Positions 1-9,204 of a stretch of DNA of 32,000 bases are shown here, piece after piece. A model generated the notes under the pieces. The model was not told the origin of the DNA. It saw only the letters and a list, made by a program, of their open reading frames with translations, and did no database searches. A program made the translations under genes and the position numbers. Position 1 is the first letter of the stretch; each line of letters begins with the position of its first letter. The stretch is from Candidatus Electrothrix yaqonensis. Lineage in GTDB: Bacteria; Desulfobacterota; Desulfobulbia; Desulfobulbales; Desulfobulbaceae. The stretch is from assembly GCA_047651235.1 (NCBI GenBank), contig CP178758.1, positions 2,190,001-2,222,000 of the forward strand, written 5' to 3'.

Positions 1-170
1 CTGCGGAAGATATCTCAGGGAGTCAGCATTTACAGTCTATCAGAAATAAAGTATAAATCAAATGGTTGTATGCGTTCCCCGTTCTCTATAGCTCTTCGGC
101 AGAATTCCTGCAATAAGATTATGTATCTCCGACCGCATTTCTCCGATAATGAATCACTACTGCACGACTG

Positions 171-2324
171 ATGAAGATTTCATTTTCGCTCCGCCTTAAG
201 CTCGCCCTTCTTTCCCTGCTGCTCCTGCTTTTCCCTTTCCTGGGTATGCGCTTGAACGATTCCCTGAAAAACAGCCTGATCACCAGTCAGCAGGATACGC
301 TCTCTCTGACTGCCCAGGCTGTCTCAGCTGCCCTGACCGACCGGCACGACCTTTTTGTCCGGGAACAGTTCCATGAGCTGAATCAGGACCGTGACCTGTA
401 TCTGTTTCAGCTTTCCAATACGATCAGACTGAACGGCAATCTGGATGACTGGCGTCCGGAACTGAGCGAAGCCGAAGAGTTTGCCAGCGAGCATCTGATC
501 AGTTCGGACGGCAGCTATACCCTGCGGACCCTCAACTTCCGCCATCTTGCCGGAAAGCAGGACAAATATCTGTATGCCCTGTTTGATGTGCAGGACGATC
601 ATGTGGTGTACAGAAGCAGAAATTCGCTGCGTCTTGATCGGTCAGATCATCTGCAGGTTGTGATCGGCGATGAAACAGAACAACGAAAATACTTCATCAC
701 AGCCCATGCCCAGGGCTGGGTCAACGGGTTCCTGATGCCGAACAATCCGATCAAATTTCCTGTCAGTGAACAGAGGATTCAGGGGGTATGGAAGCAGAAC
801 GATAAAGGCTATATTATTGAAATACGGATTCCGCTGGAACTGCTTGATGATAAGCTAGCCTTTACCGTTGCGGATGTGGATGATGAAAAAAGCCGGAAGA
901 TCAAAACTTTGATCGGGACATCCAACCTGAATGAAAACAAGGCACCCGGCTGGCTGCTTTCCACCTCCACTTCCATCGAAGAGCTGCTCAAATCGCTTGA
1001 CCGTCCTTATGCGCGAATCAGGATTGTTGACCGTAATCAGCGGGTCAGAGCTCAGGTCGGCAGCCTGCGGACCTCCAAAGAAATTCGCACAGAACCGGAC
1101 AGCTTCTCTTCCCGCATCAATGAGTTCCTTCACCCTTTGTATCGTTTCTTCATTGATCCTTTTCTTATCGAATTCCAGGATCAGGCTTCCCAGCCCACGG
1201 AACTTGATCTGCAGGGCATTAAAGAAGGGCTTGAAGGCCGCCATTCCATTACCAGCTACCTGATGGAGGACGGGCAGGTGGAGGTCATGGCAGCAATTAC
1301 CCCCCTGTATGAACAGGAAAAGATCATCGGCGCAGTGGTGGTGGAGCAGACCACCAACTCTATCCTCTCCCTGAGCAACCGCTTGATCGAAGAAACGATC
1401 TCCCTGTCCGTGATCGCCTTTCTGTTCGGCGGCGGGATACTGCTTCTGTTCGCCTTCCGTATTTCAGCCAGAATCCGCCGGCTGCGCAATCAGGCCGCCT
1501 CCGCAATCACCCCGGACGGCCGTATCCGTAACACCGTCAACAGAGACGGATCCGGTGATGAAATCGGTGATCTGGGCAGGACCCTGGATTCCATGCTCAA
1601 CCAGCTGCAGCAGCAGATTGAACATCGGGAGCAGATGGCGGATAACTTGGAACACGAGATGCGCACCCCGCTGGCCGGAATTGCCGCATCCCTGAAAAAT
1701 TTACACCAGGAACAGCTTACGGAAAATCCTGCGGACAATATTATAGAGTATATCCAATGGGCAGAGCGCGATGTCATGCGGATGGAGGAGCTGCTGACCT
1801 CAATCCGGGAAGCAACCAGCCTGAAAAACGCTCTGGTGCAGGAAAGTATGGAAGAGCTGGATCTCGGCAGGGCAATTTCCATGTGGCTTGAACATGGATG
1901 GCGGCTCAGCTTCAGCGGAGTTAACTTGGTGTATCAGGGCCCTGAGCAAGAGATTCCGGTCAAAGGCGACCCGGTCAGGCTGCGTCAGGCTCTGGACAAA
2001 CTTGTGGAAAATGCGGTTTCTTTCCATACTCCCGGCACTCCCATCGAACTGAAACTGGTACAGCACACGGACAGCGTGTCCATAGAGGTTATCAATCAGG
2101 GCAGCACCATTGAGCCGGACATGCAGCAGCAGATCTTCAATTCAATGGTATCGAACCGACCGGTTAAAGACGATCGGCCGCATATGGGCCTGGGACTGTA
2201 CATTGTCCGCACCGTATCGGAACACCACGGCGGCACGGTAAGCGTCCGGAATCTGGAGGACGGCAGGGAAGGGGTCATCTTCACCGTCACGCTGCCCACT
2301 GTACATCGTTCCAAACGGGGCTGA
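171..2324 (+). CDS. Membrane sensor histidine kinase (large periplasmic sensor domain, HAMP, HisKA, HATPase_c)
   Basis: 717-aa ORF. N-terminal TM (LALLSLLLLLFPFLG), then a ~380-aa extracytoplasmic region with an 'NGNLDDW' motif. Second TM (ISLSVIAFLFGGGILLLFAF). H-box 'EHEMRTPLAGI', N-box 'LVENAVSF', G-boxes 'RPHMGLGLYIV' and 'HHGGTVSV'. No response-regulator gene lies downstream in the window. Confidence 0.9.
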   Translation: MKISFSLRLKLALLSLLLLLFPFLGMRLNDSLKNSLITSQQDTLSLTAQAVSAALTDRHDLFVREQFHELNQDRDLYLFQLSNTIRLNGNLDDWRPELSEAEEFASEHLISSDGSYTLRTLNFRHLAGKQDKYLYALFDVQDDHVVYRSRNSLRLDRSDHLQVVIGDETEQRKYFITAHAQGWVNGFLMPNNPIKFPVSEQRIQGVWKQNDKGYIIEIRIPLELLDDKLAFTVADVDDEKSRKIKTLIGTSNLNENKAPGWLLSTSTSIEELLKSLDRPYARIRIVDRNQRVRAQVGSLRTSKEIRTEPDSFSSRINEFLHPLYRFFIDPFLIEFQDQASQPTELDLQGIKEGLEGRHSITSYLMEDGQVEVMAAITPLYEQEKIIGAVVVEQTTNSILSLSNRLIEETISLSVIAFLFGGGILLLFAFRISARIRRLRNQAASAITPDGRIRNTVNRDGSGDEIGDLGRTLDSMLNQLQQQIEHREQMADNLEHEMRTPLAGIAASLKNLHQEQLTENPADNIIEYIQWAERDVMRMEELLTSIREATSLKNALVQESMEELDLGRAISMWLEHGWRLSFSGVNLVYQGPEQEIPVKGDPVRLRQALDKLVENAVSFHTPGTPIELKLVQHTDSVSIEVINQGSTIEPDMQQQIFNSMVSNRPVKDDRPHMGLGLYIVRTVSEHHGGTVSVRNLEDGREGVIFTVTLPTVHRSKRG

Positions 2325-2332
2325 TGATAAAC

Positions 2333-2365
2333 AAAAAAAGGGGAGACCAAAATGGCCTCCCCTTT
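2333..2365. terminator. Bidirectional intrinsic terminator between convergent genes
   Basis: A7 tract (2333-2339). Stem GGGGAGACC (2340-2348), loop AAAAT, then GGCCTCCCC (2354-2362, one mismatch), then TTT. On the minus strand the same hairpin is followed by T7. It sits between the stop codons at 2324 (+) and 2426 (-). Confidence 0.75.
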
Positions 2366-2425
2366 CTGCATCTTGCGAAATCGTTCTGTGAAATCGCCTG
2401 ACAGCTCTATTTCATCTTAATAGAC

Positions 2426-3682
2426 TTAATAGATGCCCAAAGCCTCAAGGGTTTCGAGTGTCAGACCGCCTCCCATGGGCAGATTGTTCTGCTCCTGGAA
2501 CTTCCTGACCGCCTCATTGGTCTGCGAATTCAGCGTACCGTCAATCATCCCGTTATAAAAACCTTCCCGGGACAGAGCACTCTGCACTTCTCTGACCTTG
2601 GCATTGTCTGCCTCATCTTTACACAGAGCAGGCCGCCAGACGATCTTACTGTCGCTGACCTTAACCTTCTTGATAATGGTTTTATACTCCGGCGGAACTG
2701 TGACGACTCTTTCTTCTGCCGGTTTCACGAGCTTTTTCACCCTGACAGTGTCGTATTCAGCCGGGACCGGAATAACCCGCTCCTGCGGTGGTGTGACCAT
2801 AACTTTCTTTCTGACCATCTTGGTCACCGGAGGAATCGGAATAACCTCGGTCCGGGCAGGCTCAACCATGACCTGCTTCCTGATCGTCCTTGTTTCGCCA
2901 GGAATCGGCACAACCTCGGTCCGGGCAGGCTCGGCAACAACCTTCTTTCTCACGGTTGTGTACTCAGCAGGGATCACAACTTCCTCACGTGTTCCCGGGC
3001 CATCAGGTACTTTTTTGATCACAGTCTTGTACATCGCCGGTACAGCCACATAGCAGAGCGTGTCACAGTCGGTCAGTCCCATTTCCATATCTTCAGGAGT
3101 ACAATGAACTGCCTTTTTGATCCATTTTGCAGACGGCGCCTGAACCAGAACCTGCTCCTTGACTTCTCTGAAGCTCGGATCGGTTATGGTCACCGTGATA
3201 ACCTCCGGTGAAACCATGACCTGTTCCTCGACCCAGTCATACACAGCCGGAATGGCTTTCAGTTCCTCAGAAGGCTCTTTGACAACAACTTCTTCTTCCA
3301 CCCACTCATACCTGGGCGGTATAACTTTAACTTCTTCAGATGCTTCCTTGATAACGACCTCTTCCTCACGCCAATCATACTGGGCCGGAACCGTCTCTAT
3401 TCTTTCAGAAGCCTCCTGTACTACCACCTGCTCGTCAACCCATTCATATTCAGCCGGGATGACCTCGATCCGTTCCATGGCCGGAGCTACTTCCACCTGC
3501 TCTTCAACATCCTCATACACAGCCGGAGCGAGACAGCGGGAGTAACACTCACCCGGCTGGACATTACTCGGCAATCCCTCCTGAACATACTGAGACGGAT
3601 CAACCTGCCCGTACTGAGCCATAGCCGGAGCAGACAGACCGAACAGCAACGCTGCCGCCATAACAAACTGTTTATTCTTCAT
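2426..3682 (-). CDS. Secreted repeat protein with C-terminal peptidoglycan-binding (PG_binding_1-like) domain
   Basis: 418 aa. Signal peptide MKNKQFVMAAALLFGLSAPAMA|Q. Acidic ~19-aa repeats ('IPAEYEWVDEQVVVQEASE'-type), then basic repeats ('EPARTEVVPIPGETRTIRKQVMV'-type). C-terminus 'VREVQSALSREGFYNGMIDGTLNSQTNEAVRKFQEQNNLPMGGGLTLETLEALG' fits the PG_binding_1 pattern. Paralog of 3819..5309. Confidence 0.8.
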   Translation of the reverse strand: MKNKQFVMAAALLFGLSAPAMAQYGQVDPSQYVQEGLPSNVQPGECYSRCLAPAVYEDVEEQVEVAPAMERIEVIPAEYEWVDEQVVVQEASERIETVPAQYDWREEEVVIKEASEEVKVIPPRYEWVEEEVVVKEPSEELKAIPAVYDWVEEQVMVSPEVITVTITDPSFREVKEQVLVQAPSAKWIKKAVHCTPEDMEMGLTDCDTLCYVAVPAMYKTVIKKVPDGPGTREEVVIPAEYTTVRKKVVAEPARTEVVPIPGETRTIRKQVMVEPARTEVIPIPPVTKMVRKKVMVTPPQERVIPVPAEYDTVRVKKLVKPAEERVVTVPPEYKTIIKKVKVSDSKIVWRPALCKDEADNAKVREVQSALSREGFYNGMIDGTLNSQTNEAVRKFQEQNNLPMGGGLTLETLEALGIY

Positions 3683-3765
3683 CTTTCACCCTATCGAGTT
3701 GAACTGTTTTTACGGAAGAATGCCTCCCCCCGCATTCTCTTTCACCCAAAAAACACTATACAGTG

Positions 3766-3802
3766 AAAAACAGAGACAACCGGAACCCGCCCGATCGTCT
3801 CC
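3766..3802 (-). terminator. Possible intrinsic terminator of the 3819..5309 gene
   Basis: Minus strand reads GGAGAC, a 19-nt loop, GUCUC(U), then GUUUUU. It lies 17 nt after the stop. The stem is short and the loop long. Confidence 0.35.
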
Positions 3803-3818
3803 GTTTTATCCACAATGA

Positions 3819-5309
3819 TTAATAAATCCCCAAGGAATCAAGGGTCTCAAGAGTCAGCCCTCCTCCCATGGGAAGACCTTTGTCCATCTGATATGTCCTA
3901 ATCGCCTCGTTGGTTTCCTGGTCCAGCATTCCGTTGATTTCACCGGAATAAAAGCCCTGCTGCATCAAAGCCTGCTGCACCTGCTGCACTTTTGATCCCG
4001 TTGCCTCGTCTTCACAAACCGCAGGCCGCCAGACGATTTTGCTGTCGCTGACTTTAACCTTCTTGGTAACCGTTTTATATTCAGGCGGCACCGTGACGAC
4101 TCTTTCCTCTGCCGGTTTGACGAGCTTCTTCACTCTGACAGTTTTGTATTCCGGAGGAATCGGCACAACTTCACTCCTGGCAGGTTCAACCAGCACGTTT
4201 TTCCTGACCGTTCTTGTTTCCGGAGGAATCGGCACAACTTCCGTTCTGGCAGGTTCAACCATGACCTGCTTCCGGATCATCCTCGTCTCGGGAGGAATGG
4301 GCAGCACCTCTGTTCTGGCAGGCTCAACCACCACCTTTGTCCTGACAGTCTTGTACTCGGCCGGAATGACGACCTCGTGCCGCTCACCACCGGTTCCGTC
4401 CGGAACCTTTTTGATGACGGTCTTATACAAGGCAGGCACTTCCACGTAACACAAGGTATCACAGTCGGTCAGGCCCATTTCAAGATCTTCGGGAGTACAA
4501 TGTACTGCCTTTTTGATCCACTTGGCAGACGGCGCCTGCACCAGCACCTGTTCCTTTACCTCGGTAAAACCGGGATCCGTGATGGTCACGTTGATCACTT
4601 CAGGCGAAACCATAACCTGTCCTTCCCGCCAGGCATAGACGGCAGGAACGACTTTCAGCTCCTCGGAAGCCTCCTTGATTATCACTTCCTCATCACGCCA
4701 TTCGTATTTGGCCGGAATGACTTTGACATCCTCAGATGCCTCTTTGATCACCACTTCCTCATCTTGCCATTCATATTTCGGCGGAATGGTTCTGATTTCT
4801 TCAGAAGCTTCCTGAATAAGCACCTGCTCCTCGGCCCATTCATACTCAGCCGGAATGACTTCAACCTTTTCTGAAGCAGGTTTTACCTCGATCTGCTCTT
4901 CAATCTCATCATAGACAGCCGGAGCAATACACCTGGAAAAACACTCGCCGGGCTGAACATTCATAGGCAGCCCTTCGCCAAGATCCTGATCTACCGGAGC
5001 CTGGCCTACCGGAGCCTGGCCTACTGGTGCCTGACCGACCGGAGCCTGCTGATATACCGGCGCCTGAGTTGCCGGTGCTTGGCCTACCGGAGCCTGCTGA
5101 TATACCGGGGCTTTCGCTGCTGGCGCCTGACCTGCCGGTGCCTGCTGATATACCGGGGCAACTTTCTGCTGCACCGGCTGATCACAGGGGTCCTGAACAC
5201 AATCTTGGGAACCGGAATCCTGCGGAACGTAAGCAACCTCTGTCACACAGCCGGTCAGGGCAAAGAGAGCAGCAGCTCCTATCACCGTTCCGTTCTTCAT
5301 TTTTTTCAT
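3819..5309 (-). CDS. Lipoprotein paralog of the repeat / peptidoglycan-binding protein, with an added Q/P/A-rich N-terminal spacer
   Basis: 496 aa. Strong SD (GGAGGAG, 7 nt upstream of the ATG). Lipobox 'ALFALTG|C' (Cys21). 'APVYQQAPxGQAPxxx' x3 followed by 'APVGQ' repeats. The rest has the same acidic-repeat, Cys-cluster, basic-repeat and PG-binding architecture as 2426..3682. Confidence 0.85.
   Translation of the reverse strand: MKKMKNGTVIGAAALFALTGCVTEVAYVPQDSGSQDCVQDPCDQPVQQKVAPVYQQAPAGQAPAAKAPVYQQAPVGQAPATQAPVYQQAPVGQAPVGQAPVGQAPVDQDLGEGLPMNVQPGECFSRCIAPAVYDEIEEQIEVKPASEKVEVIPAEYEWAEEQVLIQEASEEIRTIPPKYEWQDEEVVIKEASEDVKVIPAKYEWRDEEVIIKEASEELKVVPAVYAWREGQVMVSPEVINVTITDPGFTEVKEQVLVQAPSAKWIKKAVHCTPEDLEMGLTDCDTLCYVEVPALYKTVIKKVPDGTGGERHEVVIPAEYKTVRTKVVVEPARTEVLPIPPETRMIRKQVMVEPARTEVVPIPPETRTVRKNVLVEPARSEVVPIPPEYKTVRVKKLVKPAEERVVTVPPEYKTVTKKVKVSDSKIVWRPAVCEDEATGSKVQQVQQALMQQGFYSGEINGMLDQETNEAIRTYQMDKGLPMGGGLTLETLDSLGIY
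4986..5159 (-). repeat. In-frame tandem coding repeat (16-aa APVYQQAPxGQAPxxx x3, then 5-aa APVGQ x3)
   Basis: On the plus strand this is near-identical iterations of 'ccggagcctgctgatataccgg...' and 'ctaccggagcctggc'. It encodes aa 51-108 of the 496-aa lipoprotein. Confidence 0.85.
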
Positions 5310-5646
5310 CGCATTACTCCTCCACCTTTTCGCTTATCCGCATAAACACAGATTCGCAAAAAAGTATTCAAGATAAACAATTAATCTGAAATTATAAACA
5401 GGAACGCATAAGTCCCCTAACCACATACTTTAAGATAAACTGTTTCAGTGATACCATCCTCGCGAAAAAATGGCAATCCAAAAAAATGTACATGGCAAAA
5501 ATCCTCCTTTCCCGACAAATTGTCCAACCCGGAGATTCCTCCGGAAAGCAAAAAGACAGCCAAGTTAAAATTTCTTTTGCTACCGAGGACTGTACTGCGA
5601 TTCAGGGCAAAGTTCAATAAAAAAAATTGTACTTTTGAGAAAAAAA

Positions 5647-7620
5647 CTAAACCACCCTTTCGTTACCGCCGTCAACCGGTATCTGCGCTCCTGTTGTGCA
5701 GGCAAATAACGGCCCGCACAATTCTGCTGCCAATTCAGCAACCTGTCGGCTTGAAATTTCCACGCCCAGCAGGTTTTCTTTTTTATACTCCTGCACTGTC
5801 AGGCCGTAATGCCCCGCCCGGGCCTGCAAGACCTCCTCGGTCCAAATTCCTGTATCAAAAACCGCGTTGGGATGCAGGGCATTCAGGCGGATGCCGTCAG
5901 CCGCCCATTCCAGGGCAGCAACCCGCATGAGCTGGGTCAGAGCAGCCTTGGAAGCTGAATACGCTGCAGCTCCCGGACCGGGCGCCGGTACATTTTTTGA
6001 ACCGATCATCACTACCCTTCCCCTGCCCGGAGCCAATTTCAGCAGGGGATGCGTTTCCCGCAGCAGGACCATATCGGCATCAAGATTGACCCGCATCACC
6101 CGGTGCCATTCCTCGATGGATAATTCCGCCACCGGACGGCTGGCCGGAAAAATTCCCGCATTCAGCACCAGCATATCCAGGCCGCCGAAACGGCGCACTG
6201 CCCGATCCAGCGCTTCCCGGATCTGCAACTCATCAGTAATATCACAGCGCAGGCCCAGAAAACCGGAAGCCCCGGATACATCGGCAACGCGGTCGTCAAT
6301 GTCCAGCCCGACCACAGCTGCTCCTCTCTGCAGAAACGAATCCACGCAGGCCCTGCCGATGCCGGAAGCCGTCCCGGTGATCAGGGCCACCTCACCGCTG
6401 AACAACGGCGCCGGACCGCTCCGGGCCAGTTTGGCCTGCTCCAGATCCCAGTATTCTACGGCAAACAGATCCGCTGCCGGTAATGCCTGCCAGCCTCCGA
6501 GTTTTTCCGCCCGCAGTATGCAGTGTATGGTGCGCGCATAAATATCCCGGACAACAGCTGCCTCCTCTGCCGATTTTCCGGCACAGCACAGGCCCAGCTC
6601 CTGATCCAGAATGACCCTCGGAGCCGGATCAAGCATGGTCTTGCGCTCCGTGGCCGCAGGTTCATGGGCCTCAAAATATTGACGGTACTCCTGCCTATAA
6701 TGATCCACGTCGCGACCGAGCATGGGCACGGCCTTGGTCCGGAGAACATGATCCGGTGTTGCCGGGCCCTGCTGGGAAATACGGCCGATATCAGCACGCC
6801 GGGCAAAATCTTTTCCCTGCGTGCTCTCCGTCACATGCAGAATCATGGGACGGCCCGCTTTCCCTGAAACCGCCCGGCGCAACTCCGCAATCTCCACCCG
6901 GTTACATTGCATCCCGTCTTCTGCAGCAGGCGCATCAAGTTTCCAGGCATGGTGTTCCGCCAGATAGCGTTCCGCCATATCCACCAGCTGAATCATCCGC
7001 TCGTAGGATTCCTGCGCGGTTGCGCCAAAGGAAAAGACCCCGTGATTCATCAGGACCAGACCGATGGTCCGGGGCCCGGCCTGTTCAGCAAACAGACAGG
7101 CAACAGCGCGGGCCAGATCAAAACCGGGCATTACATACGGCACAATGATGACTGAATCGCCGTACAGTGCTTCAATCCGTCCGCGTCCGTCCGCCGTATT
7201 GGTTATAGTCACCACGGCATCGGCATGAGTATGATCCACATAGCGGAACGGCAGAACAGCATGGAGAATGGTCTCCACAGAAGGAGCAGGCGCGTCGGCA
7301 CGGGTCACCTGCGTTTTCAGCTCGTTGATCATCTGCGGATCAGAAAGCGCCTCCAATTCTGCCAGCCTGAGCATGGGCTGCAGACGCACCGGTGCAAAAC
7401 CTGCTGCTTCAATAGATTCCAGGTCCCAGCCGCTCCCTTTAATATAGAGAATCTCCTCCTCGTCACCGACCGCGTTCTTTTCCCGGATCTTCACCGAGGT
7501 ATTGCCGCCGCCATGCAGCACCAGCGCCGGATCACGGCCCAGCAGACGGGAAGAATAGACCCGCAGTTCAAGTTCGGTTGTACATGCCGCAGCGTCCTGC
7601 GTATTCCATAAACTCAACAT
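5647..7620 (-). CDS. Bifunctional class II aldolase/adducin-domain plus short-chain dehydrogenase (rhamnulose-1-phosphate aldolase/alcohol dehydrogenase-like)
   Basis: 657 aa. The N-terminal two-thirds carry class II aldolase features ('LHGGGNTS', 'VDHTHAD', 'GVFSFG'). The C-terminal SDR has 'TGTASGIGRA' (TGxxxGIG), 'NAG' and 'YSASKAA' (YxxxK). Confidence 0.85.
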   Translation of the reverse strand: MLSLWNTQDAAACTTELELRVYSSRLLGRDPALVLHGGGNTSVKIREKNAVGDEEEILYIKGSGWDLESIEAAGFAPVRLQPMLRLAELEALSDPQMINELKTQVTRADAPAPSVETILHAVLPFRYVDHTHADAVVTITNTADGRGRIEALYGDSVIIVPYVMPGFDLARAVACLFAEQAGPRTIGLVLMNHGVFSFGATAQESYERMIQLVDMAERYLAEHHAWKLDAPAAEDGMQCNRVEIAELRRAVSGKAGRPMILHVTESTQGKDFARRADIGRISQQGPATPDHVLRTKAVPMLGRDVDHYRQEYRQYFEAHEPAATERKTMLDPAPRVILDQELGLCCAGKSAEEAAVVRDIYARTIHCILRAEKLGGWQALPAADLFAVEYWDLEQAKLARSGPAPLFSGEVALITGTASGIGRACVDSFLQRGAAVVGLDIDDRVADVSGASGFLGLRCDITDELQIREALDRAVRRFGGLDMLVLNAGIFPASRPVAELSIEEWHRVMRVNLDADMVLLRETHPLLKLAPGRGRVVMIGSKNVPAPGPGAAAYSASKAALTQLMRVAALEWAADGIRLNALHPNAVFDTGIWTEEVLQARAGHYGLTVQEYKKENLLGVEISSRQVAELAAELCGPLFACTTGAQIPVDGGNERVV

Positions 7621-7844
7621 AAATACCTGATGTGCAGTTTTTGAAAAAGTGTCTGATCCATTATAGTGATTCTGTAGAATAATAGTAGCCGAAATTTATT
7701 CCCAAGGAGTGCATCATGGATCGGGACGATAAAATTCATCGACGGAAAAAAATTGACTTTCTCCTGCTTTCAGGATAAGCAAAACAGGTTTATTGTGTCG
7801 CACCGTGTGGCACGGTTATCATCCTAAAATAAAAGGAGGAAGAA

Positions 7845-8192
7845 ATGTCCGGATTACAATCACTGACTGGTACGGTTGCATTGTTGCTTTCGTTGACCGC
7901 CTTTGCATTTTCGGCCAGCACCGTCTCTGCGGTCGATGTCCCTATAAAGATAGGCGATCCTCAGATCTCCAGTGCGATGGGGACGGTTGCGTCATCCTCT
8001 GCTGTAAAGAATGTGATGGCAGCGAAACGGGATGAAGTTGTTGCGCAAAAAATCAATGCCAAGCCCTTGATGAACGAGTTCATGCCCAAAGTTGAAGCCG
8101 TCATGCTGACTGCGGTGAAGGAAAACGTATTGCCTGAAAAAATGAAGGTCTTGCAGAATGAGATGGCGCAGAAGATTGCACCGAAATTCTGA
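7845..8192 (+). CDS. Small secreted protein, function unknown (Met/Lys-rich)
   Basis: 115 aa. SD AGGAGG lies 5 nt upstream. Signal peptide '...LLLSLTAFAFSASTVSA|VD'. A terminator follows. Confidence 0.6.
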   Translation: MSGLQSLTGTVALLLSLTAFAFSASTVSAVDVPIKIGDPQISSAMGTVASSSAVKNVMAAKRDEVVAQKINAKPLMNEFMPKVEAVMLTAVKENVLPEKMKVLQNEMAQKIAPKF

Positions 8193-8237
8193 GAGGTAAA
8201 TCGTCTTTCTTTACAAACGGAAAAATTGGTGTTGTTC

Positions 8238-8284
8238 AGCCGGGTGCGTGCCTAATAGTGCTTGGCGCGTGGCCCGGTTTTTTT
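8238..8284 (+). terminator. Intrinsic terminator
   Basis: A GC-rich interrupted stem (AGCCGGG...CCCGG, with inner CGTGCC/GGCGCG pairing) is followed directly by T7 (8278-8284). Confidence 0.7.
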
Positions 8285-8444
8285 GCCTTGACTTTGGGAT
8301 TCGTACCTGCACACCGCCTCCCTATGCCCCGTTGTTGCGCGGTCTGAAAATGGATAGTGATACCGGAGGGGGATTTTTTATCCAACAGTGTGTACTTTTC
8401 TCTTTACTTTTTGAAATCAGTATGGTCAGAAATGAACTCTGAAG

Positions 8445-8506
8445 TATCAGAGCAGCATTCCTGATATTGCCAATATCATCTGTTATCAGAGAAGGTCGCC
8501 TGATAA
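8445..8506. promoter_or_regulatory. Cluster of palindromic putative operator sites upstream of the 8534 gene
   Basis: TATCAG-N10-CTGATA (8445-8466). GATATTG-c-CAATATC (8463-8477). TTATCAG-N10-CTGATAA (8483-8506). A further half-site TTATCtCAGAG lies at ~8513-8523. Confidence 0.4.
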
Positions 8507-8533
8507 TCAATGGTTATCTCAGAGGAATAGACC

Positions 8534-9031
8534 GTGCCGATGATGGACAATGTTCTTGCGCTCTACATTGAATTGATCGCGAAGATTCTGAAGCGTCTTC
8601 GCTTTCGGATCCGGGGCGGAGCGATCGAGGTTAGCTTTGACCGGAAGGTTGAGGAGAACATCGATGAACGCATTCGCAAGATTGATGTCGCCCGTGCAAA
8701 CTTGGTTGACGGCTTATCGGCGATCGACGAACTGCGACAGTCTGCCGAAGACAACAAGAAGGAAGTTCAGGCGGCTCTTGAGCAACTCGCCGTGCTGGAG
8801 AAGGACAAAGCGCACCTACAAGAGAAGCTGCAGTCGGTCCGGCAAGTGATCAGCAGCGACGTACAGGCGTTCCGTGAGGTCGCCGGGATTCCTTCGCAGT
8901 CCGACATTCGCAGGGAGCGCGTAGTGGGGTTCGTCAGTGGCGTTATCGCCTCAATAGTGGCATCCGGAGTCATCTACGCTATTGCCAAGACTGTCCAGAA
9001 TTGGGAAAAGATAACGAATTGGTTCACCTGA
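8534..9031 (+). CDS. Hypothetical coiled-coil protein with C-terminal transmembrane anchor
   Basis: 165 aa. GTG start 8 nt after GAGG; ATG alternatives at 8540/8543. The central region is heptad-like and charged ('LRQSAEDNKKEVQAALEQLAVLEKDKAHLQEKLQSVRQV'). C-terminal TM 'VVGFVSGVIASIVASGVIYAIA'. No family recognised. Confidence 0.55.
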   Translation: MPMMDNVLALYIELIAKILKRLRFRIRGGAIEVSFDRKVEENIDERIRKIDVARANLVDGLSAIDELRQSAEDNKKEVQAALEQLAVLEKDKAHLQEKLQSVRQVISSDVQAFREVAGIPSQSDIRRERVVGFVSGVIASIVASGVIYAIAKTVQNWEKITNWFT

Positions 9032-9204
9032 CCGGTGATCCGCTGGCGCTACTCACCGGCAGGTGACCATAGCGTTATTAAATTTTCATTCCATACCGGC
9101 TTTGAAGGACTGAAGGTGAGTGAGCGGATTCCCCTGCCGGACGACCCAACGATCAGCGTTGCCTATCCTATAAAACTCTACTCAACTACGCGGAACAGGA
9201 GGGC

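Noticed and set aside
171-2324. The idea that the histidine kinase belongs to a specific named subsystem, such as a dedicated-sortase or PEP-CTERM system kinase.
   Set aside because: I cannot verify the family from memory. No sortase, exosortase or response-regulator gene is in the window.
4986-5159. Tandem repeats that could superficially resemble a CRISPR or VNTR array.
   Set aside because: The units are contiguous with no unique spacers. They are in frame within a well-supported CDS and encode a Q/P/A-rich linker.
5529-5544. Hairpin CCGGAG-ATTC-CTCCGG in the 5310-5646 intergenic region, considered as a terminator for the aldolase/SDR gene.
   Set aside because: There is no U-tract after it in the minus-strand (transcribed) orientation. 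An A-tract, not a T-tract, follows it on the plus strand.
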